Of a DNA stretch of 64,000 nucleotides, positions 57,781-64,000 are shown piece by piece. Source of the DNA: Thermoplasmata archaeon. Lineage in GTDB: Archaea; Thermoplasmatota; Thermoplasmata; WALJ01. Made by a program: the position numbers and the translations under genes. Location of the stretch: contig JALTFR010000032.1 of assembly GCA_027006785.1 (NCBI GenBank), positions 544-64,543 of the forward strand, given 5' to 3'. The notes below the pieces were generated by a model. It was not told the origin of the DNA. It made no database searches and saw nothing but the letters and a program-made list of their open reading frames with translations. Position 1 is the stretch's first letter, and each line of letters begins with the position of its first letter.

Positions 57781-59058
57781 TTGCATTCCGCTTATGTGAA
57801 ATGTGCAGTCTTCACAACCGACAGAGATATGCCAGAATTGGAGGAACTCCTTCTCACTCTGGAGATGGATGTTGAGAGGGTTTTCTTTCAGGATAGGCAG
57901 GCATCACCCAGAACCTTCTTCGGGAGAGGAAAGATAGAGGAGATAAAGGACTGGCTGGATTCTCATGAGGACATAGAGGCAATAGTGGTGAACCACGAAC
58001 TGAGGCCGGCACAGCTGTATTTTCTCGAAAAGACCTTTGGAAAGCGCGTTTTCGACAGGGTGGGGATAATACTCGAGATATTCATGAAAAATGCGCACAG
58101 CAGGGAGGCAAAACTGCAGGTCGAACTTGCGGAGATGAAGTATCAGCTGTCATTCATACGTGAATACGTCCATTCTGCTAAGGAGGGGGAGCACCCCGGA
58201 TTTATGGCCGGAGGAGAGTATGCTGTGGATGACTATTATCTCTTCATAAAGCGCCGGATAACCCGCATTAAGAGTGAGCTTGACAGCATACGGCGGGACA
58301 GAGAGGCCAAGAGGAGAGCAAGAAGAAGGAAGGGGTTCTATCTCGTGGCCATAGCAGGATACACCAACGCAGGAAAGAGCACCCTTCTGAACACCCTGAC
58401 AGGAGAGCGGATTCTCGTGGAAGACAGGATGTTTTCCACACTTTCAACCACCACAAGGCGTATAGAGTCCCCATACAGGATACTTGTCACTGACACGGTG
58501 GGATTTATCAAAGAACTTCCTCCATGGATAATAGAGGCATTCAAGGCCACGCTTGAGGAAGTATTTCAGGCCGATGCTATAATACTGGTTCTTGATGCAT
58601 CGGAGGATGATTTCACTATGAAAACCAAACTCAAAGCCTCCGAGGAGGTTCTTTTCCCTGACATCGGCGGGATACCCGTGATACTGGCCCTCAACAAATG
58701 CGATTCCATGGATGAGAACGAATGCGATAGAAAGAAGAGGATGATGGAAGGAGGGCGATATGAAGTCGTGCCAATCTCTGCAAGAACTGGAAAAGGAACC
58801 GATGCGCTTGTAAAACTGCTGGAATCCATTTTCAGTCCGGAGATAAGTATGTCCGTATGGCTTCCTGCAGGGGAGGAATCCACGGTCAGCTGGGCCTATG
58901 ACCACGGAATGGTCAGAGATATTGACAGGAAGGAGGGGATAAAGCTTGAAGTGGAGATATATGAGCGCTCTGCTGCGGTTCTGGAGAAAAAGGTCAAAGA
59001 GGCCGGAGGAAAGGTTATTCGGGTGGAGCGTCACGATGCCCCCGAACAAAATCTATAA
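57781..59058 (+). CDS. hflX: Ribosome-splitting GTPase HflX
   Basis: [37 protein letters not shown]; start uncertain. Confidence 0.95.
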   Translation: MHSAYVKCAVFTTDRDMPELEELLLTLEMDVERVFFQDRQASPRTFFGRGKIEEIKDWLDSHEDIEAIVVNHELRPAQLYFLEKTFGKRVFDRVGIILEIFMKNAHSREAKLQVELAEMKYQLSFIREYVHSAKEGEHPGFMAGGEYAVDDYYLFIKRRITRIKSELDSIRRDREAKRRARRRKGFYLVAIAGYTNAGKSTLLNTLTGERILVEDRMFSTLSTTTRRIESPYRILVTDTVGFIKELPPWIIEAFKATLEEVFQADAIILVLDASEDDFTMKTKLKASEEVLFPDIGGIPVILALNKCDSMDENECDRKKRMMEGGRYEVVPISARTGKGTDALVKLLESIFSPEISMSVWLPAGEESTVSWAYDHGMVRDIDRKEGIKLEVEIYERSAAVLEKKVKEAGGKVIRVERHDAPEQNL

Positions 59059-59096
59059 ATAGGGAATGGAGATGGGATGGAAGCCGAGGTGATTTG

Positions 59097-59603
59097 ATGG
59101 CAAGAAAACCTGGTAGAATGTATACGAAGATATCCGGTCCCGCATATACGCGCAGAGAGTACATGGGAGGTGTCCCAGCACCGAGAATAATTCATTTCGA
59201 CTTCGGAAACAAGTCAAGGGATTTTTCTCTGGCAGTCTCACTCATTGTGGAAGAGGCATGTCAGATAAGGCATACGGCACTTGAAGCCGCACGTATCACC
59301 TCAAACAGATATCTCAACAAGAGCCTCGGCACTACGAACTATCGGATGAAGATAAGGACATATCCGCACCATGTAATAAGGGAGAACAAACAGGCAACTG
59401 GCGCAGGTGCTGACAGGGTTTCACAGGGTATGAGAAAGGCCTTCGGCAAGCCGGTGGGAACCGCTGCAAGGGTCAAACCCGGTCAGAAGGTAATGACGGT
59501 CTATGTGGATGAACAGAACCTCGAGGTTGCCAAGAAGGCTCTGAGAAAGGCATCCATGAAACTACCGACGCCATGCAGAATACTTCCCGAGAAACTAAAC
59601 TGA
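59097..59603 (+). CDS. rpl10e: 50S ribosomal protein L10e (uL16)
   Basis: [37 protein letters not shown]. Confidence 0.97.
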   Translation: MARKPGRMYTKISGPAYTRREYMGGVPAPRIIHFDFGNKSRDFSLAVSLIVEEACQIRHTALEAARITSNRYLNKSLGTTNYRMKIRTYPHHVIRENKQATGAGADRVSQGMRKAFGKPVGTAARVKPGQKVMTVYVDEQNLEVAKKALRKASMKLPTPCRILPEKLN

Positions 59604-60298
59604 AAACCGCATATTCCCTTCTTTATTCCGCTTTTGGCCCTCAGGGTTGGTGGCCAGTATATTCTGACGGAGGCGGAGGATATCATAAAGGCGATTTTTC
59701 ACTTCCGTCCACTGAGAAGCAGAGGCTTGAGATAGCATTCGGGGCCATATTGACACAGCAGACCTCATGGCAGAACGCTCAGAAAGCGGTTCTGAACCTC
59801 ATCACTAGGGATCTTCTTTCTCCGGAGCGCATACTGGGGGTGCACGATGAAGAAATGCATGCTATAATCCGCTCATCGGGTTATTTCAGGCAGAAAACAG
59901 AGAGGCTGAAGGCCTTTTCCGCATTTTTGGTGGACAGATACGGTGGAAGCATATCCGAGATGCTCTCTGGAGAAGTTGAATCGGTCAGAAAGGAACTTCT
60001 GTCCCTGAAAGGAATAGGTAAGGAGACAGCGGACTCGATTATGCTCTATGCAGGGAACATCCCGACATTCGTGGTGGATGCATACACATTCAGGATGGCG
60101 GAGCGCACGGGCATAATGCCGGACAGGGACTATGAAGCCCTGAAATCTGAATTTGAAGATGCTCTTGGTGGGGATTTCAGATTATACAACGAGTATCATG
60201 CGCTCCTCGTGGAACTGGGTAAAAGGCACTGTCGTACCAGAGCATTGTGTGAGGGATGCCCACTGCAGGCTGTGTGTCCATATCATAAAAAACTTTAA
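59573..60298 (+). CDS. Endonuclease III-related HhH-GPD protein with [4Fe-4S] motif
   Basis: [42 protein letters not shown]-x6-C-x2-C-x5-C; start uncertain. Confidence 0.9.
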   Translation: MQNTSRETKLKTAYSLLYSAFGPQGWWPVYSDGGGGYHKGDFSLPSTEKQRLEIAFGAILTQQTSWQNAQKAVLNLITRDLLSPERILGVHDEEMHAIIRSSGYFRQKTERLKAFSAFLVDRYGGSISEMLSGEVESVRKELLSLKGIGKETADSIMLYAGNIPTFVVDAYTFRMAERTGIMPDRDYEALKSEFEDALGGDFRLYNEYHALLVELGKRHCRTRALCEGCPLQAVCPYHKKL

Positions 60299-60331
60299 AT
60301 GCCATTACACACTTAATCCTTCGGTGATTCC

Positions 60332-61030
60332 ATGGTGGTCAAGAAGAATCCTTCCAGATTGAAAAAGCTTGAGAACGAGGGTAAAAAAGGCAAAGAGCCT
60401 GCCTCATCCGGAGATAAAGATTACGATATCACAAAGATACTCGATGAGGAAGAGAATAAGCCTGATAATTCTGAGCCAGAACTAGAACCTGCCACCGTGG
60501 AAGAGGCACATGTGAAGAAATTGAAGATACAGGAGACCAAGGACATCTCTCTTCTCAGAAGGCTTGCTGCGGATGCAAGGAAGGATGCCAGCGATAACAT
60601 GGCAAAATACACGAAGATCAATGCAAAGGCCGAGAAGCTAATAGCAAGTGCGGAGAAGGAGAAGGAGAAGGCAGAAGCGCTCATGGAGAAGGCAGAAGCC
60701 CTGAAAGAGAAGGCAGATATGGACCGAGAGATGGCAAAGATAGAGGAGGGTTCAAAGGCCGCCAAACTGAAGGCAAGGGCAGAGAAGACCGAGGCAAAGA
60801 GGAGGGCGATTCTAGCAAAGGCAGACAGGCACAGGGCAAAATCGGAGAGTCTCCGGGAAAAGGCTATGAAATACAAAGAAGAAGCAGCCGAGTACTACGA
60901 GAAAGCCAAGATATTTGAGAGAACGGAGAGAGAGTACACCCTCAGGGCAGACAGACTTGAGGGAAAAAGCAGCGAGCACCTCTCTTCTGCAAAATCGGCA
61001 GGAGCCGTCAAGACGAAGAAGAGGCTCTGA
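60332..61030 (+). CDS. Hypothetical charged alpha-helical (coiled-coil) protein
   Basis: K/E/A-rich heptads; own TATA-like element upstream. Confidence 0.75.
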   Translation: MVVKKNPSRLKKLENEGKKGKEPASSGDKDYDITKILDEEENKPDNSEPELEPATVEEAHVKKLKIQETKDISLLRRLAADARKDASDNMAKYTKINAKAEKLIASAEKEKEKAEALMEKAEALKEKADMDREMAKIEEGSKAAKLKARAEKTEAKRRAILAKADRHRAKSESLREKAMKYKEEAAEYYEKAKIFERTEREYTLRADRLEGKSSEHLSSAKSAGAVKTKKRL

Positions 61031-61241
61031 TAGAGTTCTCTGCAGCTTTCAGGCATGCAAGCAGGTCATTCGCTGTGTGATACAGTGACATTGGATTGGA
61101 AGAGTTCATAGAGAAGAAAAGTTCTTTTCCTCTGATTTCTCCTCTCACAAATTTATCATTATCCATTTTAAGAGAGTCGAAGACAGCCTTTGCCATTTTT
61201 TCATCATCATATCTGATGTGTATTTCGCAGGATACATTCAT
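61008..61241 (-). CDS. pcc1: KEOPS complex subunit Pcc1
   Basis: 77 aa; AVFDSLKMDN...SLYHTANDLLACLKAAE. Confidence 0.8.
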   Translation of the reverse strand: MNVSCEIHIRYDDEKMAKAVFDSLKMDNDKFVRGEIRGKELFFSMNSSNPMSLYHTANDLLACLKAAENSIRASSSS

Positions 61242-62077
61242 GAGCGCATCATCTCGTATGCTTTCAGAAGGTTTGAAAGAAGGGTGTATCTGGTCACGGG
61301 CCCGACACCACCGGGAACAGGCGTTATGAAGGATGCCTTTTCCTTCACTGCATCGAAGTCCACATCACCCACCACCTTTCCGTTCACCCGGTTCATCCCG
61401 ACATCTATGACAACCGCACCCTCTTTTACCATGTCCGCAGTTATCAGGCCCGGAACCCCTGCGGCGACCACTATGATGTCCGCATTCCTTGAATGCTCTG
61501 CAGTGTCCTTCGTGAAGACATGGCAGACATGCACCGTTGCGTTCTCGTTGAGAAGAAGCATTGCCAGCGGCCTTCCGATGGACGCACTGTGATTGATTAT
61601 ACAGACCTCTGAGCCCTTCAGCTCCGTGCCAGACTCCTCAATTATCCTCATTATCGCCATCGGTGTGGGGGGGACAAAAAGGGGCTTTCCCTGCAGTATC
61701 CTTCCGATATTTGCAGGGTTCTGGACATCCACGTCCTTATTTTCAGAGATGTGCGGCGATATCTCCGCCATGTTCCAGCCATCAGGAAGGGGGAGTTCGA
61801 CCATTATCCCGTGCACATCGCTATCCGCGTTCAGTTCCCCTATGGTTTCAAGCACGGATGAGAGTTCTGTGTCAGAGGGAAAGCTGTGGACGAAAAGCCT
61901 GCCACCGATCCCTTCCAGACTCCTCTTTTTCATGCGAATGTATATCTCAGAGCCTTCATTGGAGCCTATAAAAATAGTATGAAGGTTTAATGATGGGTTT
62001 CCGAGGGCCTCAAGTTCCCTGCGTATCTCCTTTTCGATATCTGAGGCCAGCCTCTTTCCGTCGAATATGCGGGCCAT
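61238..62077 (-). CDS. folD: Methylene-THF dehydrogenase/cyclohydrolase
   Basis: YIRMK, ELPLP, KDVD, GRPLAMLL, IDVGMNR, TPVPGGVGPVT. Confidence 0.95.
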   Translation of the reverse strand: MARIFDGKRLASDIEKEIRRELEALGNPSLNLHTIFIGSNEGSEIYIRMKKRSLEGIGGRLFVHSFPSDTELSSVLETIGELNADSDVHGIMVELPLPDGWNMAEISPHISENKDVDVQNPANIGRILQGKPLFVPPTPMAIMRIIEESGTELKGSEVCIINHSASIGRPLAMLLLNENATVHVCHVFTKDTAEHSRNADIIVVAAGVPGLITADMVKEGAVVIDVGMNRVNGKVVGDVDFDAVKEKASFITPVPGGVGPVTRYTLLSNLLKAYEMMRS

Positions 62078-62078
62078 A

Positions 62079-63182
62079 TCATGAAACTATGTCCACGGCA
62101 TCGGATTTTACGGGCGCATCGCCTTTACCGACTATCTGCTTGGACTTCACGCCGGTTATTACCACCATGACCTTCAGTCTGTGCTCTATGGTCGGGTCAA
62201 CGGAAGCGCCCCATATTATCCTTGCATTCTTGCTCACGCGCCTCTGTATCTCCTCTGCGACCCTCTGAGCCTCTGAAACGGTCATATCCGCACCGCCGGT
62301 GACATTCACGAGCACACCTGTTGCCTCGCTGATGTCCGCCTCTATCATCGGGGAGTTTATGGCCTCCTCTATGGCTTCTAGCGCTCTGTTCTCGCCCATT
62401 GCCTCGGACTGCCCCATTCCGATGTATGCAACTCCGCTTCCCTTCATGATGGTCTTCAGGTCGTTGAAGTCGAGATTGACCATGCCGGGCTTGGTGATTA
62501 TCTCTGTTATTCCGGTTATGGAGCGCATGAGTATCTCGTCCGCAACTTTGAATGCCTTGTCCAGAGGAAGCCTTGGAACGAGCTCTATCAGCTTGTCGTT
62601 GGGTATGACTATGACCGTGTCGGCAACCCTTCTCAGCCTCTCAAGTCCCCATGCAGCGTTCTTCTGCCTTGCGATTCCCTCTGCTGCGAACGGGGTGGAT
62701 ACAACGGCTATCGTCAGGGCACCTTCCTCTTTTGCGAGCTGAGCAACAAAACCTGATGAGCCTGTTCCGCTACCTCCTCCGAGCCCGCATGTCACGAAGA
62801 CCATGTCGGCACCCTTGATTACGGAACGGAGCTCTTCTTCTGCCTCTCTTGCTGCCTTTTCCCCCATTTGAGGAACCGCCCCTGCTCCGAGACCTCTCGT
62901 GGTTCTTCTTCCGAGCAGTATCTTCTTCTGTGCCTTTATTGTCAGAAGGTGCTGTGCATCCGTGTTTGCAGCAACCATCTCCACTCCGGTTATGCCTTCC
63001 TTCATCATCCTGTCTATGGTGTTGGAGCCAGCCCCACCAAGACCTATGACGACAATCTTCGTCCTCAGATTCCGAAGTATCTCTTCCAGTTCCTTGTCGT
63101 CGTCAGTTATCATTCCGGCAGTATCCAGAGCATTTGTGGGCTCAGGGCCCTTTGAAAGCGCCTCTTCTATTATGGATTTCAT
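62079..63182 (-). CDS. ftsZ: Cell division protein FtsZ
   Basis: GLGGAGSN, NTDAQHL, GLGGGSGTG, PFAAEG, IPNDKL, NLDFND. Confidence 0.97.
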   Translation of the reverse strand: MKSIIEEALSKGPEPTNALDTAGMITDDDKELEEILRNLRTKIVVIGLGGAGSNTIDRMMKEGITGVEMVAANTDAQHLLTIKAQKKILLGRRTTRGLGAGAVPQMGEKAAREAEEELRSVIKGADMVFVTCGLGGGSGTGSSGFVAQLAKEEGALTIAVVSTPFAAEGIARQKNAAWGLERLRRVADTVIVIPNDKLIELVPRLPLDKAFKVADEILMRSITGITEIITKPGMVNLDFNDLKTIMKGSGVAYIGMGQSEAMGENRALEAIEEAINSPMIEADISEATGVLVNVTGGADMTVSEAQRVAEEIQRRVSKNARIIWGASVDPTIEHRLKVMVVITGVKSKQIVGKGDAPVKSDAVDIVS

Positions 63183-63299
63183 TTATACACCTCGTGCATC
63201 CCGGCATATTATAAGAGGCTAATACACCTACAATATATAAGAATTACTCAGAATGCACTCAGGAGCGCACGGCAGCTTTAAATAAAGGCTATCACTTGC

Positions 63300-64000
63300 A
63301 TGCTGGTGCAAAAGAAGATAGCATCCTATCCGCTTCCCGAAACAGGGAGAAGGAACAACATACCGGTCAGTTTTCTCGCTAGATACAGGGGCTTCGGGAG
63401 GGATGCACACCGCCTCCTGTACATTGCCCTTTTCGGTTCAATAAGCGGTTCGATAATCTGGTTCATACTGGTCTTATACCTCTCGGAACTCGGATTCAGG
63501 CCGGCCTTCGTGGGCTATGTCTTCTTCCTTCAGGGGATGTCACAGGCACTGGTGGCCATACCTGCGGGTCGCTTGTCCGATTTCTACGGCCGGAAGAAGC
63601 CGATAATCATAGGCTCATTCCTCTCGTTCATCGGCGCTCTCCTCCTTGTCTTTCCTCTCACAGCGATAATGGCCTTCTCAGCAGCGATACTCATGGGAAC
63701 GGGGATGGCGATATTCTCTCCCGCATTCTCATCCATACTCGCAGAGAGGACCAGCACATCCCGCAGAAAATACCTTTACTCCCTTCAGAGCATATCCATG
63801 ATGGTTGGGAGCGCTCTGGCCATGCTATTTGCAGGGTCTCTTCCGGACATTTTCAGAGGGATGGGGGATGCAATACTCGGCTACCGCATAGTGATAGGGG
63901 TGAGCGCATTCTTCATGCTCATCCGTGCGGTGTTGAGCCTCTTCGTCAGGGAATCGGAGAGGGAGAGCAGGCCCGAGACAAGCATGCCAAAATCACTGAG
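63300..64000 (+). CDS. MFS transporter (partial, runs off right edge)
   Basis: ATG 63300; PAGRLSDFYGRKKP (MFS motif A) and TM helices. Confidence 0.88.
   Translation, partial: MLVQKKIASYPLPETGRRNNIPVSFLARYRGFGRDAHRLLYIALFGSISGSIIWFILVLYLSELGFRPAFVGYVFFLQGMSQALVAIPAGRLSDFYGRKKPIIIGSFLSFIGALLLVFPLTAIMAFSAAILMGTGMAIFSPAFSSILAERTSTSRRKYLYSLQSISMMVGSALAMLFAGSLPDIFRGMGDAILGYRIVIGVSAFFMLIRAVLSLFVRESERESRPETSMPKSL

Noticed and set aside
1-64000. CRISPR array, rRNA, IS element or prophage
   Set aside because: No regularly spaced direct repeats, rRNA-like sequence, transposase, integrase or viral structural motifs were seen

Overview
Gene-dense archaeal chromosome segment; the gene set suggests an anaerobic member of Thermoplasmatota (inference). 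I found no CRISPR array, rRNA, transposase or prophage. Housekeeping content: rpl7ae-rps28e-rpl24e-ndk, top6BA, pgi/pmi, intron-containing tRNA-Met, rps3ae, serS, ipk-fni-prenyl synthase-presenilin homologue-RaSEA, fetAB, pckG, trxB-PDO-DUF59, nnr, pdaD, glyA, smsCB/sufCB, mat, hflX, rpl10e, folD, ftsZ. Two loci stand out. (1) At 1-10.9 kb, a tightly coupled 8-gene minus-strand operon (CheF-like PH/wHTH, V4R-wHTH, KaiC-like ATPase, Roadblock-like, coiled-coil/2x wHTH, two V4R-like paralogues of which one has lost its conserved Cys residues, GNAT) converges on a Roadblock + GvpD-like double-KaiC operon, with a DUF2226-like coiled-coil gene at the left edge. This looks like an uncharacterised KaiC-centred signalling system and is my best candidate for a new system. 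(2) At 45.5-54.5 kb, one operon joins 2-oxoacid:ferredoxin oxidoreductase, a fumarate-reductase-type flavoprotein with its Fe-S partner, and HdrABC whose fused MvhD domain has lost several [2Fe-2S] cysteines. All family assignments come from motifs I recognised by eye; no database searches were run.
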